A stretch of 64,000 nt of DNA from a candidate division WOR-3 bacterium (GCA_965649225.1 CBFGJX010000001.1:96001-160000); one strand, 5' to 3'. Counted from the stretch's first letter, positions 18,701 to 28,001 are shown. Notes: generated by a model not told the origin, from the letters alone. A program made the numbers and translations.

Positions 18701-21347
18701 CTACACCGCACTTGACCGCGACATCGACCGTTCCAACGACACGGTATTCGGCCTCGACTCGGTCGAAGTCCGCACGCCGCGCCGCAGTGACGTCGGCACG
18801 ACCGCGATACTCGCACCCGTCGGACTGGTCGACTCTGGTACAGTGGTTACGCCGCGCGCGCGCGTCCGTAACTTTGGCACGCGCAACGAGACCTTCCCGG
18901 TGACCTTCCGTATCGGCACGTCCTACACCGAAACGCTTGAAGTCGCGCTCGGCAGCGGCGACTCGGTTACGGTAGTCTTCCCGTTCTGGGTTGCCAGCCC
19001 GGTTGACAGCATCGTCCTGGTCTGCTACACCGCACTCGACCGCGACGAGAACCGGTCCAACGATACGACCAGCAGCTGGGTCCGCGTCAGCCGACGCATC
19101 CGCCACGATGTCGGGGTAGAAGTCATCATCGCGCCGGTCGGCACAGTTGACTCGGGCACAACGGTCATACCCAAGGCGCTGGTCCGCAACTACGGAAACG
19201 TTATGGACAGCTTCCCGGTAACGATGCGCATCGGCACCGACTACACTCAGACGCGTTCGTTGTCGCTCGCTCCCGGCGCGCTGGACACGGTTAGCTTCCC
19301 AACTTGGACCGCAACGCAGGTCGAAACCGCCCCCGTTGTCTGCTTCACCAGCCTCGCCAGCGATGAGAATCGCGCCAACGACACGGCTCGCGCCACCGTA
19401 ACGGTACGGGCAATCGGCACCCGCGATGTCGGCGTGACCGCAATCCTTGCGCCGATCGGGACGGTTGACTCAGGCACCGCCCATACCCCGACTGCTGTCA
19501 TCCGCAACTACGGCAGCGCGGTGGCAACCTTCCCGGTCACTTTCCGGATCAGCGATGGCTATGCGCGAACAGTGAATCGCTCGCTCAACCCCGCTCAGAC
19601 CGACACGGTCATCTTCCCGGCCTGGGTCGCGCAGTCACCCGGCGCCTATGCCTGCACTGCCTACACCGCGCTCGCAGGCGACATCAATCGCGCCAACGAC
19701 ACGGCGGCGGCGGCCGTCACCGTCAACCCGCTGCGTCTGCCTGACGTCAGTGCCCGCGTGATCCTTGCCCCGGTTGACACAATCGAACTCGGCGCCGTCA
19801 TCACTCCGCTGGCAGTAGTTCGTCACATTCCTGATACACTGGACCTGGACGCCGATGGCCGTGATATTGTATTCCCGGTAACACTGCTGATCGGAACTGC
19901 CTATCGTGAATCAGTCTCAGTCACCCTGCCGCCCGGCGGTATCGACACGGTGGCATTTCCGGTCTGGACCGCACAACCGCTTGGCACCATCCCGACAGTC
20001 TGCTTCACTCACTTGGCCGGCGACCCGGTGCCTGCCAACGACACCTGTCGTGGCTCAGCAACCGTCATCGCCGCCCCGGTGCACGATGTGAGTCCGGTGG
20101 TAATCCTCGCCCCGTGCGGTACCGTCAACACTGGCACCGCCATCATTCCCCGTGCGGTCGTTGTCAACCTTGGCAACCGCACCGAGTCATTCCCGGTCAC
20201 GCTTGCGGTTGGCAACGACTATCGGGCAACTTCACTGGTTGAAGCCCTTGAGCCCGGTCAGTACGACACCGTCCGTTTTACCATCTGGCAGGCATCCGGC
20301 ACCGGCCAGCAACTGGTGGTCTGCCACACTTCATTAGCCGATGATGCCAACCGTGGCAACGACACAATCGTCGGAACGGTATCGGTCGTCAATGCCGATG
20401 CCGAAGCAGTGGCAATCGTCGCGCCGGTCGGCACGGTCGACTCCGGGCTCGTACTCACGCCGCGCGCTGTCATCCGCAACAACGGACCGGGTGCGGCCGC
20501 GTTCCCGGTGACACTGCGAATCGGCACCGTCTACTCCGGCACTGTCTATGCTGACCTTGCGGCCGGTCAGGCCGACACCTTTGCATTCCCGGCCTGGGTC
20601 GCCGAACCCCTCGGGCAACAGGAAGTGGTCTGCTACACTCAGCTTCAGGGCGACCCCAACCCGGCCAATGATTCGGCCCGCGCCCGGGTGCAGGTACTGC
20701 CCGCAGCCCGCGACGTCGGCACACTCGCAGTTCTTTCGCCGACCGGCCGAACCAGTGTCAGTGCCCCGCCCTGGCGCGTCAGAATTACTCCCCGGGCCCG
20801 CATCAGCAACTTCGGACCGCGCAGTGAACCGCTGGTTCCCTGCCGCTTCCGAATCGACCGGTATGAAGTCCGCGCCGGGGGCGGTAACGAAACAACCTAT
20901 GTGGCCACGGTTTACGAGAACACGCTGGAAGTCGCCGGGCTCGAACCGGACGAGACGCGCGAGATCAGCCTCCCTGACACCGCACTCGGCCTCGGCCTCT
21001 ATGTCGTCTCATGCTCAACCCGTCTCAGCGGCGACGCCAACCCGGCCAACGACCGTCGCAGCGCGGTGTTTGTCGTGGACGATTCGCTGGGCAGCCCCGA
21101 GTTCGCCATCCGGATCTATACCCGCGCCGGAGAGCTCATTCGCCGACTCGGCGTCACACGCCGCCCCGGCGACCCGCTCTGGATAACCTGGGACGGTTGC
21201 AACGACCGCGGCGAACGTGTCGCACCCGGCACCTACATCTGCCTGATTTCGGTGCAGTCCAGTGACGGACCGACTTCGGAGTTCCGGCGCAACATACTGG
21301 TTTCACGTAACGCCACTGAAATCCGTTTGAGCTGGAGGCAACCGTGA
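15759..21347 (+). CDS. Giant secreted protein with 16 CARDB-like Ig repeats and C-terminal FlgD-Ig-like sorting domain
   Basis: 16 units of about 107 aa, 'DVG..I.AP.G.VDSG...P.A.IRNYG...FPVT...C.T.L..D..R.NDT'. End IRIYTRAGELIRRL...WDGCNDRG...PGTY. Confidence 0.88.
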   Translation: MRPVRLLLCLVGYCAVVWCSSPLAYGNTPGNPTDAAPGFCRHDIGATSIRWPRDTVALDTVSNPRAWIYNFGDFTESGFPVTFLVIAGTDTLYRATDTFRAELPPGTNATMLFPQWTARPTGQYTAVCYTQLAGDASRANDTTRHSFLVRDCRGDVGATLILAPTGTVDSGVLVTPRAVIRNYTGRAETFPVTLRIGSLYTQTQQCSLPGFAIDTVEFAPAWTAQPPGNYPVICFTALTADADRSNDTARSSVTVLDCPRHDVGALEIVWPRGQIDSGSVVTPRAVIRNYGNRDETFPVTLRIGIVYSRTITTSLAVGAIDTVSFPAWTAHPLGGHTTVCFTNLWNDENRANDTTWGEICVVRPARHDVGTEAILAPLGIVDSGTLHLPRAIIHNYGTRSDSFPVTFEIEGGYSATERRTLLPGQTDTVDFLPFWRAQPLGSLAVRCFTALASDTNRANDTARASVTVVVPEVHDVGVAAILAPVGTLDSGAVVTPLALVRNYGTRDESFPVSLSIGADYEQTVDLELAAGRDTTLTFPDWIAQPVGSHAVTCLTRLAADENRANDTARTTVEVRSLPRNDVGTLAILAPVGTVDSGSAHTPTAVIHNFGNRRATFPVTFTISDGYARTLNLSLDPGQTDTVIFPAWVAALPGTHACTVYTALGEDVDRSNDTTAATVTVRALPPPDVGVIHILAPTGFAELGQVIIPRAVVRHWPDTTDAQVTFPVTMTIGSTYRESLIVTLPGGASRTVEFPAWNAGPLGQHEVVCFTQLEPDPNRANDTAHTTVEIITVPRHDVGATAILAPAGTLDSGTVHTPQAVIRNFGTRDETFPVTFRIGDGYTETLLRQLAPGQVDTVRFPLWIAQPLGRHATLCYTALDRDEDRSNDTVWGTDSVEVVRHLRPDVGAMRIIAPAGRYDSGEVVAPSAVIRNFGNTADSFPVTFAVAGYADTLWTFLTPGQIDTVTFRDWIAQPVGRHLPVCYTALDRDIDRSNDTVFGLDSVEVRTPRRSDVGTTAILAPVGLVDSGTVVTPRARVRNFGTRNETFPVTFRIGTSYTETLEVALGSGDSVTVVFPFWVASPVDSIVLVCYTALDRDENRSNDTTSSWVRVSRRIRHDVGVEVIIAPVGTVDSGTTVIPKALVRNYGNVMDSFPVTMRIGTDYTQTRSLSLAPGALDTVSFPTWTATQVETAPVVCFTSLASDENRANDTARATVTVRAIGTRDVGVTAILAPIGTVDSGTAHTPTAVIRNYGSAVATFPVTFRISDGYARTVNRSLNPAQTDTVIFPAWVAQSPGAYACTAYTALAGDINRANDTAAAAVTVNPLRLPDVSARVILAPVDTIELGAVITPLAVVRHIPDTLDLDADGRDIVFPVTLLIGTAYRESVSVTLPPGGIDTVAFPVWTAQPLGTIPTVCFTHLAGDPVPANDTCRGSATVIAAPVHDVSPVVILAPCGTVNTGTAIIPRAVVVNLGNRTESFPVTLAVGNDYRATSLVEALEPGQYDTVRFTIWQASGTGQQLVVCHTSLADDANRGNDTIVGTVSVVNADAEAVAIVAPVGTVDSGLVLTPRAVIRNNGPGAAAFPVTLRIGTVYSGTVYADLAAGQADTFAFPAWVAEPLGQQEVVCYTQLQGDPNPANDSARARVQVLPAARDVGTLAVLSPTGRTSVSAPPWRVRITPRARISNFGPRSEPLVPCRFRIDRYEVRAGGGNETTYVATVYENTLEVAGLEPDETREISLPDTALGLGLYVVSCSTRLSGDANPANDRRSAVFVVDDSLGSPEFAIRIYTRAGELIRRLGVTRRPGDPLWITWDGCNDRGERVAPGTYICLISVQSSDGPTSEFRRNILVSRNATEIRLSWRQP

Positions 21348-23077
21348 GCATCATTCTGATCTGCTGTCTGCTCGGCGCCGGCAATACCGGCACTGCGGTT
21401 CTGCCACTGCTCAAAATCGGCCAGGGTCCGCGTCCAGCCGCGATGGGCGAATCTTTCACCGGTCTGGCCGATGATGCCAGCGCGGTATACTGGAACCCGG
21501 CCGGATTGAGTCGGCTCGACAACTGGCAGGTAAGTCTTTCGCATCACCAGTGGTTTGTTGATATCAAGGATGAAGTTCTTCACGGCGCCGTTCCGGTGGG
21601 ACCGGGTGCTCTGGGCATTGGCGTCATCTACGCCGGCGAACCTGATGTCGAATACTGGGACGAGCCAACTGGCGGCTTTGCCTACGGCCGCACCTGGAGC
21701 ACAGTTGTGACTGCCGGCTACGGCCTGCGCCTCGGCACCGGCTACGCCCTCGGAATCTCGGCCAAGGGACTCTACGAAGACCTCCTCGAAGAACGCGGCT
21801 GGGGTGGTGGTCTCGACATCGGCGCCCTCGCCCGTCCTCTGCCCCTGCTGGGCGTCGGCGTCGCCGCGCGCCATCTCGGGCTGGCCTCATTCACGACATC
21901 GGGAGGCGAACGCCTGCCAGCTGAGGTTGTCGGCGGCATCTCACTGGATACGCGCTACCTGCGTGCCACCGTTGACGCTACCTTTGCCCTCTTTGACAAC
22001 AAGCCTGGTGTCCGCGCCGGGCTGGAATTTCAGCCGGTACCGATACTGGCACTCCGCGCCGGCTACCGAACCGGACCGGTCGATGTCCGAAGTCTGGGTG
22101 CGCTTTCCGGTCTGACCGCCGGCATCGGGGTCGCGATCGGCGGCATTGGTGTTGACTATGCCTTCACGCCCTATGGTGAGCTTGGTGCCACCCACCGCGT
22201 CGGCATTCGGACGGTGCCAGCCGGTCTGGGCAATCTCATCGTCACTGTCGTTGACGCCCGCACCCGTGAACGCATCACCGCCCTGCTTACCACATCCGGC
22301 GTCGCTGACGTCGCCGCCAATATTGACCAGCTCAGCCTTTACGACCTTCGCCCCGGCACGGTGCTTGTACGGGCTGTCCGCGACGGCTACGCTCCGGGAG
22401 AATTGCGTACCCAGGTCATCGCCGGTCGCACAACCAGTGACACTATCGCGCTGGAACCGGTTGCCGGCCGGCTGGTTGGTGGTATCTACGATGCCCGCAC
22501 CCGGCTGCCCATCGGCGGCTCGCTCGCCTGGCGCGGACCGGTTTCCGGTCGCATGCCGGTCGCTTCGCTGCCCGGAACTTTCGCCATTGAAAACATCACC
22601 GCCGGGCGTTACGTCCTCGACGCGAGCGGGCCATCAACCGATTACCTGCCCCAGACCTGCACCCTTGACGTACCTGCGGCACGCACAACCGAACGCAACT
22701 TCTACCTCTGGCGCCGGGGCGACTGGCTGATACTGGAAGGTGTCAACTTCGAAACCGGCAAAGCCGACATCCTGCCTCAGTTCTACCCGGTTCTGGACCG
22801 GGCCGGTCAGATACTGCGCCAGACACCGGACATCCGGCTGGTCGAACTGGCCGGACACACCGACCCGCGCGACATCAACACCAGCGAATTCCCGTCCAAC
22901 TGGGAGCTTTCCGAAGCACGTGCCCAAGCAGTCCGCCGCTACTTGATCGAGAAATGGGGAATCGCTCCAGACCGGCTGATTGCCCGCGGCTATGCTGACA
23001 CCCAGCCGATAACGTCCAACGCCACCTTTGAAGGAATGGCTCGCAACCGCCGCACCGAAATGCGGATTCTGGAGTAG
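21344..23077 (+). CDS. PorV/PorQ (UPF0164)-like barrel fused to carboxypeptidase-regulatory-like domains and OmpA-like peptidoglycan-binding domain
   Basis: LKIGQGPRPAAMGESFTGLADDASAVYWNPAGL. C-terminus VNFETGKADI...GHTD...NWELSEARA...RGY...NRRTE. GTGA overlap with the upstream stop. Confidence 0.85.
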   Translation: MSIILICCLLGAGNTGTAVLPLLKIGQGPRPAAMGESFTGLADDASAVYWNPAGLSRLDNWQVSLSHHQWFVDIKDEVLHGAVPVGPGALGIGVIYAGEPDVEYWDEPTGGFAYGRTWSTVVTAGYGLRLGTGYALGISAKGLYEDLLEERGWGGGLDIGALARPLPLLGVGVAARHLGLASFTTSGGERLPAEVVGGISLDTRYLRATVDATFALFDNKPGVRAGLEFQPVPILALRAGYRTGPVDVRSLGALSGLTAGIGVAIGGIGVDYAFTPYGELGATHRVGIRTVPAGLGNLIVTVVDARTRERITALLTTSGVADVAANIDQLSLYDLRPGTVLVRAVRDGYAPGELRTQVIAGRTTSDTIALEPVAGRLVGGIYDARTRLPIGGSLAWRGPVSGRMPVASLPGTFAIENITAGRYVLDASGPSTDYLPQTCTLDVPAARTTERNFYLWRRGDWLILEGVNFETGKADILPQFYPVLDRAGQILRQTPDIRLVELAGHTDPRDINTSEFPSNWELSEARAQAVRRYLIEKWGIAPDRLIARGYADTQPITSNATFEGMARNRRTEMRILE

Positions 23078-23111
23078 TTGTGGCTGATCCCAAGGCCAAC
23101 AGGAGGCAAAG

Positions 23112-23603
23112 ATGAGTATTATCCGCTCCACGGTTCTGATTCTGGCAATCTCGGCGCTGGCGCTTGTCCAGGCTGCGCCGCAAACCGGGATCAACTTCAT
23201 CAACATGTTCATTCGGCTTGAAGACGAACGTGTCTACGGTCTGCACAAGCTCAACGCCACCGAACGCAGCCGGCTAAACGAAGTCTTCGGTCGGATAGTT
23301 GCTGAAAAGGAAGATCACCTGCGCAACAGCGCACTGGCGTATCTTCGCCGGGAGGGCTGGGACGCGTTTGAGGTCACCGGTTCCGAGGAACTGACCCTCG
23401 ACCCGAATGCCGGCCCCAGAACCTATCTCAGCGTCCGCTGGCGGGATGCCCGCCTGACGCTGGAACCGGTCAGCCGTTCGACGCTGATGCCGGGCCATTA
23501 CCTGGGCCGGGCTGACTCGACATTCTGCCGTATCCTCGACCCCGAAGGCAGGCCGGTCGAGTTCTTCATCCGCCGCACCGGCCTGCCCGGCACCGACAAC
23601 TGA
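23112..23603 (+). CDS. Hypothetical secreted protein
   Basis: AGGAGG SD and an N-terminal signal peptide. Confidence 0.7.
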   Translation: MSIIRSTVLILAISALALVQAAPQTGINFINMFIRLEDERVYGLHKLNATERSRLNEVFGRIVAEKEDHLRNSALAYLRREGWDAFEVTGSEELTLDPNAGPRTYLSVRWRDARLTLEPVSRSTLMPGHYLGRADSTFCRILDPEGRPVEFFIRRTGLPGTDN

Positions 23604-23667
23604 AGCGGCAGAGAAGCTCGACTCGCGGCCCGACGGCACTGCTGACGGGCCGCGCTCGGCTGCACCA

Positions 23668-23696
23668 TTGACACCGGCCCGGCCGCGGCCTAGCAT
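23668..23696 (+). promoter_or_regulatory. sigma70-like promoter
   Basis: TTGACA-N17-TAGCAT. Confidence 0.6.
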
Positions 23697-23726
23697 TGCC
23701 TGACGGGCCAAGGAAGAAAATTGCCG

Positions 23727-23891
23727 ATGCGGCCACACAACCTCAGCCTCGAGGTCGATGAACCGGGGTTCTTGAGTACCGACCCGGCACCGGCCGGGCG
23801 CCCCGGTCGAAACGAAACTCCGCGTCGGGTTCGACGCCAGCCTGCCCTGCGCATTGGAGAACTTTGGGAGTCAGTTCATCGCGAAGCGTGA
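23727..23891 (+). CDS. Possible 54-aa small protein (or structured RNA) not in ORF track
   Basis: Follows the promoter and an AAGGA. MRPHNLSLEVDEPGFLSTDPAPAGRPGRNETPRRVRRQPALRIGELWESVHREA. The same span is also self-complementary. Confidence 0.35.
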   Translation: MRPHNLSLEVDEPGFLSTDPAPAGRPGRNETPRRVRRQPALRIGELWESVHREA

Positions 23892-24038
23892 GGGCAGCCG
23901 GTTACTGCTCCTGCGGCCGCCGAGACGCCCGCCCGAAATCACTTCCGCCACTTTGCCTTTCCAGACAATGGTGTCAGTGACCCCGGGCCCAGCCGCGATA
24001 CCGACAATGTCTGAACCAGTCCGCCAAACGGAGGAACT

Positions 24039-24794
24039 TTGATTTTGAAGAGACTGCCTGCGCTAGCACTCGCCCTGTTTTTGTCCGCCTGCAGCCGCAA
24101 CGCCACGCTCACCGGTATGGTGATGGACGGCGCAGGCGATACCCATCTGGCCGGCCTCCCGGTGGAAGCCGTCCGCGCCAATCCTGAGCTTACGGTCAAG
24201 ACCAGTACCAGGCGCGACGGCTCTTTCCGTCTCGGTTTGCCGGCCGGCGACTGGCTCATCACCGTCAACCCGGCTGGCGGCAGAAACCACAACCCGGCCT
24301 ACCTGCCGTTCTCAGCGCCGCTGACCTTGACCGCCAGAGAACAGCAGGTCCTCGACACCATTTGGCTCGCGCCGCTGCCGCCCGATTCACTGGCAGGGGC
24401 CGGCTACCTGCTTGACCGCGGCAGAGGCTATGTCACCCTGCCCCGCGTCGACGTGCGGCTCTTTGCGACGGGCGAACTGGTTCTCTACCAGAAAGACCCG
24501 CTGTTCTATGCCGCGTCCCGCCCCATCGCCCTCGTGACATATGGCCCGACTCCGGTACGCCTGCTCGGTGCCCGGCCCGGCACCCTCGTTTCCGAAGGAA
24601 TGGCGCGCTACTGGAAGTTCCCGGTTGAACCAGTCGCGCGGGCGCGCGACTTCGCCGCCGGCGCGTGGCGCGTGACGGTCTGGACCGGCGCACCTGCCCC
24701 GGGCCGGTACGCCGCGTTCCTGCCCGGCGCCGAGACCGGCGAATACTCCGAAGGCCTGGCCTGCCTCTTCGCGGTCCCTGCTCCGGGCGAGTAA
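24039..24794 (+). CDS. Lipoprotein with carboxypeptidase-regulatory-like domain
   Basis: GGAGG SD before TTG. Lipobox LSAC. 'LTGMV.D', 'T.RDGSFRL.LPAGDW' motifs. Confidence 0.75.
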   Translation: MILKRLPALALALFLSACSRNATLTGMVMDGAGDTHLAGLPVEAVRANPELTVKTSTRRDGSFRLGLPAGDWLITVNPAGGRNHNPAYLPFSAPLTLTAREQQVLDTIWLAPLPPDSLAGAGYLLDRGRGYVTLPRVDVRLFATGELVLYQKDPLFYAASRPIALVTYGPTPVRLLGARPGTLVSEGMARYWKFPVEPVARARDFAAGAWRVTVWTGAPAPGRYAAFLPGAETGEYSEGLACLFAVPAPGE

Positions 24795-24868
24795 CGGCCC
24801 TTGGCGATTCCTCGCGACAGCGAGCCGCCCGTCGCGCAGCCGGACGGCTCTGCGGCAAGACTGCCTCG

Positions 24869-26239
24869 CTAACGTGCGACCACGACCTTGCGGCTCGCGC
24901 CTGGTGAACACCGGCCGCCATTGCCGGCCTGGCGGAAGAAATAGACGCCCGGCGCCAGTCTTCCCCCGGTTACGCGGCAGCCCAGCGCGTCATACACCAG
25001 CTCGCCCCTTGCGAAACCAGCCAAGACCCCGCCAGCGGGCCGTGGCTTGACCCCCCCGCGCGGCTCGGTGACCCCGGTGAACACAGGCCCGGTCGAGAAC
25101 ACGACCGTGGGCCAGTCGGCCGCAGGCAGGCCCAGGGCCGACTGAATTGACACGCGTTCCGCCGTCGTCAGCGGCGCGAGGATGTGACCGCCCAGTCCGA
25201 GCGCGCGCGCCTGCACGAGAAACTGGAACGCGGCAAACCCGGCCTCGATCGGGCCGTAAGCGCCGGCCGTGTCCGCGACCGCGACCACGATGTAGAGCGG
25301 CGCGGTCCCGGGCAGCCGCGGCGCGGCCGCGCGCAGGGCGGCGCGCCGGTCGCCCTGGCTCACCAACTCAAGCCGGTGGTCGCTCGTGGAAAGGCCGGTG
25401 CCAGGCGGCACGCGGTTGTGATAGCGCCACAGCGCCGTGTCGCCGACAAGGTATATGCGCCGGGTCAGATAGTAGTTGGCAATTGCCGAAGGAATCGTCG
25501 TGCCACGTCGACCGTTCGTAGTCATGTGCGGCGTCACGCCGTAACCGGCCCAGAGCAACTGGCCAACCACCGCAATCGGCGGGAATGCCGGGTCAAACAA
25601 CGTGTCGAACACAAGCGTGCCCAGCAACTCCTCGTACAAGTTGCCCCCGGCCGTGACCGGCAAAGGCAACGTCGAATCGGACGAACGGGCCACGCAGGAA
25701 TCGGTCAGCCCGGTCAAGGCAGCGCGGCCGTGCACGTTCACCATCCTGATGGTGTGCGCTGGGTTCCAGTTGGAGTTCGCGTAATTCGTTGCATAGGTCA
25801 TCGGGCAGGAACTGACGCTGCCGCCCGAAGAGTCCCAGAACGCGACCGACGCCAGCAACCCGGCCTGAATGGCAAGCCCCGCCTCCTCATAACGCTCCAC
25901 CGCAACACCTACCTCAAAAGCCGAGTTTGAGCTGTACCGATGATTACCCGCGAGATGCACGCGCAGGGCGTGCGCGGCGGTGTCGTAAATGTAGACATTG
26001 CTCGGCGTCGCGACGTAGAACTCGCGGTAGGCGCTGCCCAGTGACGGTGCGCGGTTCATCGCCCAAAGTACGTTGGCCAGCACCTGTACCGGCAGGCTCG
26101 AAGTAAAACCGGAATGCGACGAGTAGCGGCTATTCGAGAGGATTTCGAACGAGTTGGAGTTCACTGTCGGCGGCGGCAGGCTCTCCACCTGGCCAAGGGC
26201 CAACGCGGCCAGCAAGGCACAAATGATTGACAACTTCAT
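24869..26239 (-). CDS. Secreted protein with two nitroreductase/SagB-like domains and a minimal T9SS-like CTD
   Basis: Signal peptide MKLSIICALLAALALG. 'SRYSSHSGF...LANVLWA' and 'QLLWAGYG...TIPSA...Y', 'IEAG...Q...A.ALGLG'. End VYDALG...LAPGVYFF...KVVVAR. Confidence 0.7.
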   Translation of the reverse strand: MKLSIICALLAALALGQVESLPPPTVNSNSFEILSNSRYSSHSGFTSSLPVQVLANVLWAMNRAPSLGSAYREFYVATPSNVYIYDTAAHALRVHLAGNHRYSSNSAFEVGVAVERYEEAGLAIQAGLLASVAFWDSSGGSVSSCPMTYATNYANSNWNPAHTIRMVNVHGRAALTGLTDSCVARSSDSTLPLPVTAGGNLYEELLGTLVFDTLFDPAFPPIAVVGQLLWAGYGVTPHMTTNGRRGTTIPSAIANYYLTRRIYLVGDTALWRYHNRVPPGTGLSTSDHRLELVSQGDRRAALRAAAPRLPGTAPLYIVVAVADTAGAYGPIEAGFAAFQFLVQARALGLGGHILAPLTTAERVSIQSALGLPAADWPTVVFSTGPVFTGVTEPRGGVKPRPAGGVLAGFARGELVYDALGCRVTGGRLAPGVYFFRQAGNGGRCSPGASRKVVVAR

Positions 26240-26419
26240 ACAACCCCAGCCTACGCCCGGCACTACCCCACTGTCAAGCCTACACCAGCGCGACGCCCGC
26301 GCGCCGCTGTCATACCCGCCGGGCCTCCGAATGACGAGCACCGGCAACTGACCGGTGGCCGCTTGACTGGCCGCCGGTCGGCTACTACGATTTAGTGACG
26401 GGAACGAAAGGAGTCGCCG

Positions 26420-27376
26420 ATGCGTCTTGCTCAGCTCACCCAGCCGTCTTTTCAGACGACCCTGATGGGCGTTATCAAGGGGGCACTGGACTACTTTGGA
26501 TTCCAGTATTCCAACGCCGCCGTGTTCGGCGGCTCAGGGCACGCGTTCCTCATCAACATTCACGAAGAAATCTGCCCCAGCAGCCGCTACCGGTGGAAGT
26601 ATGACGCATTCTGGCCCTTGGTGCATAACCTCGGTCTCGAGGTCGAAAGCCTGGGGTTCTTCACCAACAAATCATCGCCGGCTGAACGCGCCACAGTCGA
26701 ATCCAGGCTGGTCGCCGCACTTGACGAAGGACTTCCCTGTGCCGTCCAGAACATGGAAAACCAGCTCATCGCCGGTTACGAAGCGAATCGGTTTCTGCTC
26801 CTGCGGCCCTGGGAATGCGCTCCGGAAATCACGCCGGCAGCGTTGACCTTCGGCACTTGGGCCGAGCTGGGCCAGGAGGTCCATACCAGCTTCTTTGTGT
26901 TTCGCCGGACCAGGCCGGCTTCGCCGGAAAAGACTCTGCACGACGCCCTGCGCTGGGCCTGCGACATATTTCTCAAACCCGCAAACTACAACTTCGAACA
27001 CTACGGCGTCGGCCCCGACGCCTACGACAACTGGCTCCGGGCAGTCGAGAAAGGCCTCGGTGGCAGTCACGGGAACTGGTGGAATGCCGAGGTGTGGTCA
27101 GAATGTCGTCTGATGGCAGCCAACTGGTTCCGCGAGCTCGCCCAGCACGAACGTCCAAGCCGGGCCGAGCTCTGCCGACTGCTGGTGCGCGATTACACCG
27201 AAATTGGTGAACTGCTCAGGGCCGTGGGCGAAAAAACCATGCCCCTGCCCGAGAAAGTCTCAACCCTGGCCGAGCTCAAGGCGCGCGAACTCCGCGCCGT
27301 CGCCCATATTGAAACCTGTCTCGCCCTGATGACGCAGCTGGGCGTCGGCGCCAGCCGGGAAACCGACCAGGACTGA
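26420..27376 (+). CDS. Hypothetical protein, BtrH/papain-like-fold resemblance
   Basis: AAGGAG SD and own promoter (TTGACT-N17-TACGAT). 'VFGGSGHAF', 'LIAGYE' and 'GPDAYDNW' pattern. Confidence 0.6.
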   Translation: MRLAQLTQPSFQTTLMGVIKGALDYFGFQYSNAAVFGGSGHAFLINIHEEICPSSRYRWKYDAFWPLVHNLGLEVESLGFFTNKSSPAERATVESRLVAALDEGLPCAVQNMENQLIAGYEANRFLLLRPWECAPEITPAALTFGTWAELGQEVHTSFFVFRRTRPASPEKTLHDALRWACDIFLKPANYNFEHYGVGPDAYDNWLRAVEKGLGGSHGNWWNAEVWSECRLMAANWFRELAQHERPSRAELCRLLVRDYTEIGELLRAVGEKTMPLPEKVSTLAELKARELRAVAHIETCLALMTQLGVGASRETDQD

Positions 27377-27679
27377 CCAGCCGCCGGGGAAACCGTCGGG
27401 CAACCTACCCATCTGCTGCGTAAGTCTCTGCTGGAACTGGGCTTGGCATCCCAAACCATGAAACTGTTTCAGCTCCGGCCACACCGGCAATGACGCCGCA
27501 ACGCAGCGTTCGTCTGCCGACCGCAAAGCCTGCCCGAAGAAAACAAAAACGCAAAACCCGGCTCCTCAGACCGAAGCGACCGCTGTTGACGCTGAACTCC
27601 GGTCTCTGCCAAGAACCCAGAACCAACCGCAAGTCTGGATTTTTCGCTTCCGACTGCTATCCTCAACTCGAAACAGCAA

Positions 27680-27985
27680 ATGAACTCGGAACTGTTTTCG
27701 CTTTTTGCCGCCGACCAGCGTGACCATTCTGCCCAATGCCGGTCGAATGAGCCCCAAACAGCCCTGCGCGACCAGGAACGGATCGCGTCAGTACGGACGA
27801 TATTCCGTCACTTTGCTGTATTGGATGCCGCTGACCTCTATCACGCAGCGGTAATCTACTCACGCGGAACCGACCGCAACGAAAAAACCACCGCTGTCCT
27901 GCTTGCCCGCCGCAGTGCTGACGCCGGGTACGCACCGGCGCGCGAGCTTCTGGCACGGTTAACCGCAGATAACCAGCCGACCTGA
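27680..27985 (+). CDS. Hypothetical helical protein (EL..LF.ADQ.D...RD..R...D.YHAA.I family), possibly truncated
   Basis: Recognisable motif pattern, 101 aa. Confidence 0.5.
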   Translation: MNSELFSLFAADQRDHSAQCRSNEPQTALRDQERIASVRTIFRHFAVLDAADLYHAAVIYSRGTDRNEKTTAVLLARRSADAGYAPARELLARLTADNQPT

Positions 27986-28001
27986 GGCAGCGTAATTCCG
28001 G

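Noticed and set aside
15759..21347. Periodic repeats as a CRISPR array
   Set aside because: They are degenerate ~320-nt in-frame protein repeats with no identical short repeats or spacers, and there are no cas genes.
27458..27723. Short basic ORFs upstream of 27680
   Set aside because: No SD, motif or other support.
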